From: Phyllobates terribilis
Lineage: Eukaryota
Direction: 5' to 3'
Length of the DNA stretch: 64,000 nt
Assembly: GCF_046119375.1 (NCBI RefSeq)
Contig: NW_027362771.1
Location: forward strand, 621,922,001 to 621,986,000
Program-made: the position numbers and the translations under genes
Shown: positions 1-11,994 of the stretch, piece after piece
How positions within the stretch are numbered: position 1 is the stretch's first letter
How the letters are laid out: every line of letters begins with the position of its first letter
The notes under the pieces: model-generated
Seen by the model: only the letters and a program-made list of their open reading frames with translations
What the model was told of the DNA's origin: nothing
The model's database searches: none

Positions 1-107
1 TAACTAATTCACAACTCTGGAGTTGTTTGCACAAAAAAACAATGGATGGGAACCGAGCAGAGCTGAGTGGCCAAACTGTGGTATTAGGCCAAAACTATTG
101 GCTGGGT

Positions 108-2357
108 TAGATGCAGAAAAAAATTATATTCAATTTGCAACCTGATGGAGGTCTGTATAGATGGACTAATACAACAAGTCCCACACACAGCTAGAAGCCC
201 AATATTTTTTCAGAGGTAGATGCAGAAAAAAATATATTCAGTTTGCAACCTGATGGAGGTCTGTATAGATGGACTAATAGAACAAGTCCCACACACAGCT
301 AGAAGGCCAAATATTTTTTCAGAGGTAGATGCAGAAAAAAATTATATTCAGTTTGCAACCTTATGGAGGTCAGTATAGATGGAATAATAGAACAAGTCCC
401 ACACACAGCTAGAAGGCCAAATATTTTTTCAGAGGTAGATGCAGAAAAAAATTATATTCAGTTTGCAACCTTATGGAGGTCAGTATAGATGGACTAATAG
501 AACAAGTCCCACACACAGCTAGAAGGCCAAATATTTTTTCAGAGGTAGATGCAGAAAAAAATTATATTCAGTTTGCAACCTTATGGAGGTCAGTATAGAT
601 GGACTAATAGAAAAAGTCCCACACACAGCTAGAAGGCCAAATATTTTTTCAGAGGTAGATGCAGAAAAAAATTATATTCAGTGTGCAACCTTATGGAGGT
701 CAGTATAGATGGACTAATAGAACAAGTCCCACACACAGCTAGAAGGCCAAATATTTTTTCAGAGGTAGATGCAGAAAAAAATTATATTCAGTTTGCAACC
801 TTATGGAGGTCAGTATAGATGTACTAATAGAACTAGTCCCACACACAGCTAGAAGGCCAAATATTTTTTCAGAGGTAGATGCAGAAAAAAATTATATTCA
901 GTTTGCAACCTTATGGAGGTCAGTATAGATGGACTAATAGAACAAGTCCCACACACAGCTAGAAGGCCAAATATTTTGTCAGAGGTAGACGCAGAAAAAA
1001 ATTATATTCAGTTTGCAATCTTATGGAGGTCAGTATAGATGGACTAATACAACAAGTCCCACACACAGCTAGAAGCCCAATATTTTTTCAGAGGTAGATG
1101 CAGAAAAAAATATATTCAGTTTGCAACCTGATGGAGGTCTGTATAGATGGATTAATAGAACAAGTCCCACACACAGCTAGAAGCCCAATATTTTTTCAGA
1201 GGTAGATGAAGAAAAAAATATATGCAGTTTGCAACCTGATGGAGGTCAGTATAGATGGACTAGTACAACAAGTCCCACACACAGCTAGAAGCCCAATATT
1301 TTTTCAGAGCTAGATGCAGAAAAAAATTGTAATCAATTTGCAACCTGATGGAGGTCAGTATAGATGGACTAATAGAACAAGTCCCACACACAGCTAGAAG
1401 CCCAATATTTTTTCAGAGGTAGATGAAGAAAAAAATATATGCAGTTTGCAACCTGATGGAGGTCAGTATAGATGGACTAGTACAACAAGTCCCACACACA
1501 GCTAGAAGCCCAATATTTTTTCAGAGCTAGATGCAGAAAAAAATTGTAATCAATTTGCAACCTGATGGAGGTCAGTATAGATGGACTAATAGAACAAGTC
1601 CCACACACAGCTAGAAGCCCAATATTTTTTCAGAGGTAGATGAAGAAAAAAATATATGCAGTTTGCAACCTGATGGAGGTCAGTATAGATGGACTAGTAC
1701 AACAAGTCCCACACACAGCTAGAAGCCCAATATTTTTTCAGAGCTAGATGCAGAAAAAAATTATATTCAATTTGCAACCTGATGGAGGTCAGTATAGATG
1801 GACTAATAGAACAAGTCCCACACACAGCTAGAATGCCAAATATTTTTTCAGAGGTAGATGCAGAAAAAAATTATATTCAGTTTGCAACCTTATGGAGGTC
1901 AGTATAGATGGACTAATAGAACAAGTCCCACACACAGCTAGAAGGCCAAATATTTTTTCAGAGGTAGATGCAGAAAAAAATTATATTCAGTTTGCAACCT
2001 TATGGAGGTCAGTATAGATGGACTAATAGAACAAGTCCCACACACAGCTAGAAGGCCAAATATTTTTTCAGAGGTAGATGCAGAAAAAAATATATTCAGT
2101 TTGCAACCTGATGGAGGTCTGTATAGATGGATTAATAGAACAAGTCCCACACACAGCTAGAAGCCCAATATTTTTTCAGAGGTAGATGAAGAAAAAAATA
2201 TATGCAGTTTGCAACCTGATGGAGGTCATTATAGATGGACTAGTACAACAAGTCCCACACACAGCTAGAAGCCCAATATTTTTTCAGAGCTAGATGCAGA
2301 AAAAAATTATATTCAATTTGCAACCTGATGGAGGTCAGTATAGATGGACTAATAGAA
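108..2357. repeat. Tandem array of a 109-110 bp unit, about 20 copies
   Basis: Unit AGAAGGCCAAATATTTTTTCAGAGGTAGATGCAG...AAGTCCCACACACAGCT recurs with period 110 (ACACACAGCT at 291, 401, 511 ...). Confidence 0.97.
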
Positions 2358-3124
2358 TGATGCTATGCCCAAAAGATTTTACTTCACTAGGTGCAGTAAA
2401 AAAATTGGTATTCTATACACAGGTGGTATATCTTGCAACACAGATAGGCTACTCCACTGACTAACACACTCTGCAATAGGCCAAAAAGGATTAGCTTTGC
2501 TAGATTCAGCCAAATGCTGTGAAAAAAACATGCACAGCACTGGCACAGACCTGCCTAGCAAAAACTGATAGGAACTGATGTAACCTAGTCCTGAAAAGTA
2601 CTCCAATTACAATTAGTCTTTACTCCCACAATCTATCTATTTAAGAGCATAGACCTGCCTGATAAAAGTCGTAGGAAATGCTGTAGCCTAGTCCTTAAAA
2701 GGACTGCAATCACAACTATTCCCTACTGCCAAGCTATCTGTAGATTTGTGCGAAAATTGGCTTGAAATTAACAAGGTATAGCGCACACAGCAACAGCGGT
2801 GCCGTCTAACACGCAGCTGGAGCAGTGAGAAAATGGTGGCGACGGGGATAATGGCTTGGTCTTATAGGGCAAGGACATGTGACATACACTGCCAATGACA
2901 CATGCCCTTGCTTGTGTGAAAAAAAGCACTTTGCTCCGTGTGTGCACTGCTGATAGGCTGACAGATTGCACCTCCCCACTGCAAATGCGGGAAAGAGAAA
3001 AAAAAATGGAGATCTTCATTGTTCCTGCAGAGATCCATCCCCTGCCCCTCCCCCCACTCCGCTGTACACTCAAACTGCGTATTAACATTAATTTTCATCA
3101 TTACTGAGAAAAAATCCAGTTATG

Positions 3125-3273
3125 ATTTTGGTGCACGAACAGTTATCGAACATAACCTCGAACAGCCGAATTTTTCTCAAATTGTTCGTGTTCGCCGAAC
3201 GGCTCGAACACCGCCCAAAACAGCTCGAATTTGAGATTGGCGAACAGTTCGAGTAGAACAACGCTCATCTCTA
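3125..3273. mobile_element. Right end of a hAT-type element extending leftward (probably contains the 110-bp array)
   Basis: Ends CGCTCATCTCTA (Ac-like TAGAGATGAGCG TIR) after CGAAC-rich subterminal repeats; nearly identical to the end at 31540-31680; followed by GTGAAAAC, which fits nTnnnnAn. Confidence 0.8.
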
Positions 3274-5956
3274 GTGAAAACAGCTGTAGAGGAAAAGTCT
3301 GCATGTGTTGAAACTGCATTTAATATCAGTACAGGCTCATCTGCAAAGCATATGTGGTGTATAGACTCTGGTGCTAGCAGCCATATGACAAATAACAAGG
3401 ATTACTTCACTGACCTTGATGAAAGCAAGTCAGAAAAGGTCATCTTAGCAAATGGTCAATATATGACTTCAGAAGGAGTACGAGATGACTACCTCCACTG
3501 TCCAACTTCCTCAGCACAAAGCAGAAAGATCGCAGTAAATTTGTTCTCTATGTCCCCAGTCTTGAAAGCAATCTTTTGTCAGTAAAGAAGCTTATGCAAA
3601 AGGGAATGTAGTTACTTTTAAAGACAACAGCTGCATTATATCAAAGATAGGTCATACTCTTGCAGAAGGAAAAATCCAAAATGAACTTTATCAGCTAAAA
3701 TGCAAAGAAATAGTGTACAGTGCTAGACAAGATCTGCATAATAACTGTATCCATGGCACAGACGTCTTGGGCACAGAGACCCAGAAGCAATTAGGAAGCT
3801 AGGTCAACTTGCAAATGGTGTGGAAATCTAATAATGTAGTCAAATGATGAATTGCACTAGCTGTCTTAAATGGAAAATGTCCAGAAAATCCTTTCCTAAA
3901 GTAAGCACCACAAGATCTGCACAGCCACACACAGATTTTTGCGGTCCAATGAGTGTTCAAACTCCAAGCAAGAAGAGATATTTTCTCACATTTATTGATG
4001 ACTACTCTAGATATACAGTCGCCTACCTGCTTCACAGCACGAATGAAGTTCCACAGAAACTTGAAGAATATCTTGCCATAGTATTTAACAAATTTGGAAA
4101 AATGCCAAAAGCCATGCGTGCAGATAATGGGACTGAATATACAAATGGTAAGGTGCAAACTATTTTGAAAAAGAATGGAATCGTGTTCCAGACTACAATC
4201 CCATACAACCCAGAGCAGAATGGCATTGCAGAGAGAAAGAACCGCATTCTCTGTGAAAATGGAAGAATTATGTTGTTTGATGCGAATCTACCTACGATGC
4301 ATTGGGGAGAAGCCACCACGACAGCTTGCTATCTTCAAAACAGACTGCCAGGTAAAGCCACAAATAAAACTCCATATAAGCTATGGAACTGTGAGAAGCC
4401 TAACCTGAAGCACCTAAGGATATTTGGAAGCAAAACGTTTGTGTATGTTCCCAAAGAAAAACGTTCCAAGTGGGAATCACATGCAAACCAAGGAATCCTG
4501 GTGTGCTATAGCGAAACTCAAAAGGGATACAGAATTTTGCACCCAGAGACCAACACAGTAACAATCAGCAGAGACATAGTGATTGATGAGAACTCAGTTT
4601 CGCTCAAATTCCATGAAGTTACACCAATCATTCAAGCCAAGAAACAAGAACAAGAATCTCAATCACCAAACCCAGACACTGAAAAAGAAAACACTGATGT
4701 CTGGATAAGCTCTGAAGCCAGCAAGAAAGAAACAGAAGAACCAAGTCAACCTCGAGTCAGGAGATCAGAAAGACCAAACAAAGGTATCCCAGCTAGACAC
4801 CTTTCTTATATGGTCAGAACACTTCCTGAACCAGTTTGGACTGTCGGAAGCCAAAGGTGCATCAGCACCAATGGATCCATCCTACTTAGAGTTGGAAGGA
4901 AGATCTGCTACCCAACAATGAGAGTTACAGACAAGCAGTGGGGGCCCTTCTGTATATAGCAACCAAAACTTGTCCAGATATTACAGCCACAGTTGAAATT
5001 CTCTGCCGACGTGTAACTCCACAAAAAAGAGAGAAAGGTAGACAGAGAGCACACCAATCTAAGTGTAGTATATGGCGGTAATATGAATATTTATAATGGT
5101 CTTTTGCACTCACCTTTATTTGGTCTTTCAATTCAGCTTACCGATCACTAAGGATCGCAAAGAAAGGGATTTTCTCTTTTCAGTTGGTTTGCTGCATACA
5201 CCTGGTGGCTATTCAATAGCCCTGCTCGGGTTATCATAGGAAAGAGATTTTGACAATAATGTTCATCCAGGCCTAATGCGCTCCCAAGAAGCCAGTGAAT
5301 ACTGTGGGTATATATTCTGCAAATGATCTTTATTGCTCAAGTATTTACAATTGTCAAAAACTGCTGACATGTAATCAAGCCATACCAAAGAGACTGGAGC
5401 GCAACTAAGAGAATTCTACAATATCTTAATGAAACTCAAAGGCTAATTCTTAAGATATCTGCATCAGGAGTTCTCAGTCTCAGAGGTTATGTGGATGCAG
5501 ATTTGGCTGGAGATACAAGTGATCGGAAATCAACAAGTGGTTACTTGTTCAAGTTAGGACAAAATTTCTTGGTCCAGCAGAAAACAAGTGTTAGTCGCAT
5601 TGTCTTCTACAGAAGCAGAATATGTGTCACCTGCTTATGCAAGTCAAGAAGCTTTTTGGTTGAAACAACTTTTGGAAGATTTCGGCAATCCACTAGCTCA
5701 GCCAACAGTTTTCTATGAGGACAACCAATGATGTATTAAACTTGCCAGCAGTGAGAAGATTAGTGCAAGGACTAAACACATCGACGTTAAACATCACCAC
5801 TTACGTGACTTAGTAGAATGTGGTGTACTAGAGTTTGTTTATTGCGAGTCTGACAAGATGTTAGCTGATGGTATGACAAAAGCATTTCCAAGAGCCAAGT
5901 TTGAGGACTTCAGAACCTCAAAGGGACTAACAGGATAAGTAGTTGTTGAGTGGGGG
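3274..5956 (+). mobile_element. Ty1/copia LTR retrotransposon internal region, decayed (protease, integrase, RT C-terminus, RNase H)
   Basis: WCIDSGASSHM (copia protease); DFCGPM...FIDDYSR...DNGTEY...EQNGIAERKNR (integrase); YVDADLAGDTSDRKSTSG and ARTKHIDVKHH (copia RNase H); order PR-IN-RT-RH; frameshifts and stops. Confidence 0.93.
3844..4959 (+). pseudogene. Copia integrase-containing ORF remnant (371 aa)
   Basis: rve-type D,D,E motifs as above; the frame is lost after the integrase C-terminal region. Confidence 0.88.
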
Positions 5957-6291
5957 TGTTGGAATATGTTTAGTACAACAACTCCATTTATGTGTATGTA
6001 AATGTTCTATTGCTAGGTTTGTGTATTGTCTATAAAGTTAAAAAAAAAATCTCCCAGAGGCTCACACACAGAAAAGACCATGTGACTGTGTTCAGTTTCC
6101 TGCGTCTGTGCATGAGAGGAGAAGCAGCCTGCTGATGCTGCACAGAGACACTTAAGATATGTATATTCCTGATTCCACAAAGCCGATCATATCTGTACCT
6201 GTTTATAGCTAATTAAAGCTTTGTTCTGTTGTCAACACCCTTTGAGAGTATCCTGAATGATCCGCTGCCAACACACATCAGCACCACAACA
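5957..6291 (+). mobile_element. Copia 3' LTR, about 335 bp
   Basis: Purine tract GAGTGGGGG (5948-5956) directly after the RNase H stop, then TGTTG...CAACA inverted termini. Confidence 0.8.
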
Positions 6292-6674
6292 GGCTGGATC
6301 ACTATAGTCATTCCATAGTTTATGCAGGCACAGAACCATATATGCTGTTGTGACTTTCTCTGTTACTGCTGTTCAGATTGTGAAGGGTTGAGCTATAATA
6401 ACAGGTTTCATTTAGAGTCATTTCAGTATCAAACATATATTCCACTATAAAGAATCAAAGAGTATTAAAAATAAAAAAAAATAAAAAACATACTCAAAAA
6501 TGTTAACACCCAAACAATATCAGTAGTATAAAATCACAATTTTATTAAATTTTGTCACATGAATCAATTCAAAAAAAAAAAATTCTTACAAAATGGGAAT
6601 TAAAAATTAAGAGATGGGCTATCTCATCAAGATGGTAGATCCTGAAAATCATATAGAAGCAGTTGCGTAAAGCG

Positions 6675-7655
6675 TAGTGATGGGCCGTACCAAACACCTA
6701 GGGTCAGTGCACAGACCCCGAACACAGACTTCTCCAGGAAGTCTGTGTTACTGTTTGTGTTCGGCAGCCTGAATATCGGGTTTTTCACATGCTGTGTGAC
6801 AGCATGAGAAACACTGGCGGCTCTGATCGGCAGTAAGTTTGTTACTGCCTGTCAAAGCGCTGTAGTTCTTATGTTGTCACATGACAGCATGTGAGCCAGC
6901 AGCTCTGACCCGCGTTAAAAAGGTCACCGCTGGTCACAGGCATTAGCTAATGAGAGTATTGCTTTCATCATCCTAAACCTGCTCCCTCTGACAGCAGCGA
7001 GAGCAGGCGAGGCTGAAGAGAGTATTCGTCAGCCTATGCTCGTGAAATAAATAAATAATTAATTTAAAAAATGATATGTCTCTTTTCTTCTTGTTAACCA
7101 GCGCAGGTAAAACCAACAGCTGCAGGCTACAGCCCCAAGCTGTCAGCTTTATATTGACTGGTTATCAAAAATAGAGGTGTCCCCACGCTGTGTTTTTTAA
7201 TTATTTAAATAAATAATTAAAAAAATAGCTTGGGTTTCCCTATCTTTTTGACAGCCAGCCAAGTTAAAGCAGACCGCTGGGTTCTGGTATTCTCAGACTG
7301 GGAAGAGGCCATGGATATTAGCCCTCCCCAGCCTAAAAACAGCAGCCTGCAGCCGCCCCAGAAAAGGTGCATCTATTTGCCCATCTGTTCCCACTTGCCC
7401 TGGTGCGGTGGCAAGTGGGTTAATAGTTGTGGGATTGATGTCAGCTGTGTAATGTCAGCTGACAACAAGTCTAGTGGTTAGTAATGGAGAGGCATCTATA
7501 AAACACTCCTATTACTAAGCCCATATTTATAATTTAAAAAAGAAAAGAAAGACATTAACTCCTTTATTTTAAATTAAAACTCTCCACCATATTTTACCCA
7601 TTTATTCACAAAAAAAAGGAAAAGGAAATGATTCGGACAGCTGGCATCTGGTGAC
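6675..7655. mobile_element. hAT-derived non-autonomous remnant
   Basis: Starts TAGTGATGGGC; internal arms resemble 27600-28080 and 43600-45300. Confidence 0.5.
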
Positions 7656-8709
7656 TAGAGATGAGTGAATGTTTTAATGTTCGGTTCAGATTACGATTTT
7701 TGAATTTGCAATATTCGCCAATTTTTTCGTCGAACATTTTTCGAACATTGCCGAATGCCATTGGCTTCAAAGGGGGCAAAAACAAGCGCATACAGAACAC
7801 CTTCAAACGGGCCCAAAAGCTGTCAAAACACATCAAATTATAGGGCAGACACGAGGAAAGTGCCATCAATTGACCCAGAGTAGAAGTACTATAATAATTA
7901 TTACAGCGACATTTATTCTGTGGTGCTTTACATGTGAAAACTGGTACACGAGGAGAGGACCCTGCCCACGAGGGCACAAAAGCAATCTGCAAGGAATGGG
8001 GAGGATACAGTAGGTCAGGGTATAGCTGGTCATGCAGCAGTATGCTGGAGCGAGGGTTACCGCAAATTTTACGCTTGTCACAAGAAGTGGGTCTTCAGCC
8101 TCCTTTTCAAGCTTTCCACAATAGGCGAAAGTCTGATGTGTTGGTGTACAGAGTTACACAGTAGAGGAGATGCACGGGACAAATCTGCTGAGAGCCTAAA
8201 TGAAGGTAAGCTTCCAGGAGCTCACAACTGAGCAGATTAACCCCTGCACCGATTAATATGAAGGAGAAAGGCTTCTAATGAGTCCAGGAGTGGGAGGAAT
8301 CAGACACTGTGGTCTTCTGGATCATCTCTGTCACAGTAAACCTGTGACACCTTGCAAGCACAAGACAATGTTCACAAGGTAGATAGCTGGGGTGGTCGGT
8401 CTCCTAGACAGCGAACTAACTCCTTTATGATGATAGAGGCCACCATCTCCTTAGCTTGTGCTGGTACATTTCTGTGGGAATGAGCTTGTCTCCAATCAGC
8501 CTGGAATATTTCCTGTGAATTATGGCATGCCATGGTATTAGCAGTGAACCCAGTACCAGAAGTGAAGCCATCCACAATTTCCTTCTCAGGAATTTTATTT
8601 GGTAGACTGAGTGGCTGCCCAAACATTAGTTTCTCTCAAAGAAGCTGAAAACACTGAGTGACAGATTTTCCAGCATGACCTGTTTGTTAGATATCAGAGC
8701 CGGGAGAGA

Positions 8710-8850
8710 GCGCAGCATGGTGGCTCAGTGGTTAGTATTGCAGCCTTGCAGCGCTGGGGTCCTGGGTTCAAATCCCACCAAGGACAACATCTGCAAGTAG
8801 GTTGTATGTTCTCCTCGTGTTTGCGGGGGTTTCCTCCGGGTTCTCCGGTT
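8710..8850 (+). mobile_element. tRNA-derived SINE head with V-SINE-like core
   Basis: Box A TGGCTCAGTGG, box B GGTTCAAATCC, then TGTATGTTCTCCTCGTGTTTGCGGGGGTTTCCTCCGGGTTCTCCGGTTT (V-domain-like). Confidence 0.8.
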
Positions 8851-10989
8851 TTGTCCTCAGTAAAAAAGCAGCCATACAGTGTCCGGGAACCTTCACACAA
8901 AGTTTTCTTAGCCAGAGCTGCTTCTCGGAAGGGTTGGATGGGCCCACCAGAGAACCGGAGCATCCTCCAGTGAGCCCTGGCTTTTCCTTCAGGAGCGTAA
9001 ATAGCGCAAACCTTTCAGCTGCTATGGGGCACTTGAGTGGGGGAGAAAAGTGGGCCCTCAGAATCAAATTCTCTGGTGGGCCTAATGTTCTTCAGTCTGA
9101 CTCTGGTTCTCGGTGAGCGTTTTTACCTCAGCTATATTCTTTAGGTCGGTGAAAGGACTGGCATAGAGAGAAACCGTATGTACTCCAGCTGTCATTTCTC
9201 CCAAGAAGTCCTCCAATGCACCTTGTTCCATTAGAAATGGCAGCCCATCCAACATCAGCTCATACTTCTTGGTGGTGCTTAGTCACACACAAAGATCTTG
9301 AGTATCATCACTACAGAGTTGGGAAACGGCTTGACCTGCAATGCATTTTAAGAAATAACATGCATATGCAAAGCCACGGTTTAGGCTACTGAAGGTCATC
9401 ATTAAGCGAAACTCATACAGCTTTCCCACAGACTGAAAGAGGGCTATCAAGACTTCCAAGACAGCCTAGACTTCCCGGTCTTCACCAAGAGGATAACGGT
9501 CCATGTTCTTCTTCTCCTCTTCATTTTCACCCAATCCGTGTTGAGTTGAGATAAAACTGGACTGCGTAGAATCACCCTGTATAGTTTCTTGCTCTGCCTG
9601 CAATGCCTCCTTTTTAATTGTGAGCAGTGAGCGTTTCAGTAGACAGAGAAGCGAGATGGTGACGCTAATTATGGCGTAAACACTGCTCACCATCTTGGTG
9701 GAGTCCTCAGAGTTTGGGAGGATGGCACAGATGTCAGACATCCATGCTCACTCATCAGCTAGTAGGCTGACCTGAATTCCAATGGGTGTGTTGAAGCTGT
9801 TGCTGAACATCTGCCCTCTGCTGCTCACAAATCCTTCCAAACATCACATCACACACGAGTCAGTGAGCTGGAAGCTGCAAATGCTGCTGAAGAACTGCAA
9901 GAATGGCGGAAGCTGTAGCTGACTTTCTGAAATGGGCACACATGCGGCATACTTTCACAAGCAGCTCTGGCTGATCTGGGCAGGTTTTGCAAAATCACTG
10001 AACCACTAAGTTGAGCACATTTAGTGCTCGCTCATCACTAATGTGTACCCCTGTATAGAGAACAATATCAGCACCGAAGAATTAAAGATTAAATGTAGCC
10101 TGCTTTATATACCATGGTATTAAGAAAACCAATTTTGATTATGCCATGTGTACCCCTGTGGCAACAATATCTGCACCAAAGAATTAATTTCACTAGAGTA
10201 GAACTAATATAATGCTGATCGACAACTCTTTCACTACAGCAAACCCAACCAGGTGTGTTCACATTTCAAAAAATTAGGGCCTGACACCACCATTTCCATG
10301 GCCAACAGATTGGAGATGGTGGAGTTCAATCTCTTAGCTTTCTCATGTGTAGGAGGAAACAATCTTTCAAGTGACCACTAGTGATGAGCGAGCATATTCG
10401 CTACTGCTCGGTGCTCGCCCGAGCATCTCACTGCTCGAGATGCTCAGCGCTTGCCGAGTATTTCCGGGGTTGCTCGGCGGGAGCTTGGGTCTCCTCCCTG
10501 CATGTTTGGCTCTCTTTAGAGCACAGCGTCATCAGGTCTATATCAGACCTGGCGCCGCGATGCTCGTCACAGTCACTCCGGAATCAGACAATGTAGGAAG
10601 AGGTGCTGCTGAGCTAGGGAGAGATTTGCTAGTTAGTATAGGTGTGCTAAACTATATTAGAGACACATATCCATCTCAACAAACAGTCCTTCTGAGGACT
10701 AATCCATCTGCAGAGATATCAGGCAGGCAGTGTGTATAGGCAGGCAGGGTACATAGCAGACTGCAGTGCATATAGCACAAGAGGATCCATTCCAGTTCAG
10801 CCTTCTTTTGCTGTTAGATATTTATAGGAATAGGCAAAGGTCTCAGGGGCTAAGAATAATTTTTTGGGGGATCTTAATCCTCATTATTTGCTTAAAAAGC
10901 AATCAAGAGAACACAGTTTTTCTGCTCCATTCTATTTTGGCACTGCAGAATACAGCCAGGTCCTTTCCATATTACAGCGCTAAAAATCC

Positions 10990-11932
10990 AGCTATTTAAA
11001 ACTGTGGTTTGTCCGTCACACGGATCACATATAATTGCGCTGAAAATACTTCCATTTCGGGCCTCCATTAAAAAAAATTTCAGTGTGTCAGTGAAGCAAT
11101 TGACACCAGTTTGCTGTTCAAAATAGTTACCTACAGGCCAGGTATTTAAAACTGTTTTCTCCATCACACGTATCACATATACATTTTCAGAAAATACTGC
11201 CATTTCTGACCTCCATTAAAACATTTCTTCAGTGTGTCAGTGAAGTAATTGACATCAGATTGCTGTTCAAAATAGTTACCTACAGGCCAGGTATTTAAAA
11301 CTGTGTTTTCTCCGTCACACGGATCACATATATGTTTTCAGAAAATACTGCCATTTCTGGCCTCCATTAAATTTTTTTTTCATTGTGTCAGCAAAGTTTT
11401 TGACACCAGTTTGCTGTTCAAAATAGTTACCTATAGGCCACGTATTTAAAACCGTGTTTTCTCCGTCACACGGATCACATATACGTTTTCAGAAAATACT
11501 GCCATTTCTGACCTCCATTAAAAATTTGTTTCAGTGTGTAAGTGAAGCAATTGACACCAGTTTGCTGTTCAAAATAGATACCTAAAGGCCAGGTATTTAA
11601 AACTGTGTTTTCTCAGTCACACGGATCACATATACGTTTTCAGAAAATACTGCCATTTCTGACCTCCATTGAAAAAATTTTCAGTGTGTCAGTGAAGCAT
11701 TTAACACCAGTTTGCTGTTCAAAATAGTTACCTATAGGTCACGTATTTAAAACCGTATTTTCTCCGTCACACGGATCACATATACGTTTTCAGAAAATAC
11801 TGCCATTTCTGACCTCCATTAAAAATTTGTTGCAGTGTGTCAGTGAAGCAATTGACACCAGTTTGCTGTTCAAAATAGTTACCTACAGGCCAGGTATTTA
11901 AAACTGTGGTTTGTCCGTCACACGGATCACAT
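10990..11932. repeat. Tandem array of a 150-151 bp unit, about 6-7 copies
   Basis: CGGATCACAT anchor at 11021, 11169 (variant), 11320, 11471, 11622, 11772, 11923. Confidence 0.95.
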
Positions 11933-11994
11933 GTAAGTTTGCTCCAAATTCAGTCATTTGTAGCTAGCGTGGAAGATATTGTCCTTCATTTAAA

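Noticed and set aside
108-2357. Regular repeat arrays (also 10990-11932 and 20280-21070) as CRISPR arrays
   Set aside because: Whole units repeat with no unique spacers, there are no cas genes, and the context is eukaryotic.
8710-8790. tRNA gene (also 17230-17294)
   Set aside because: Only A and B boxes are present, running into a V-SINE-like core; there is no complete cloverleaf.
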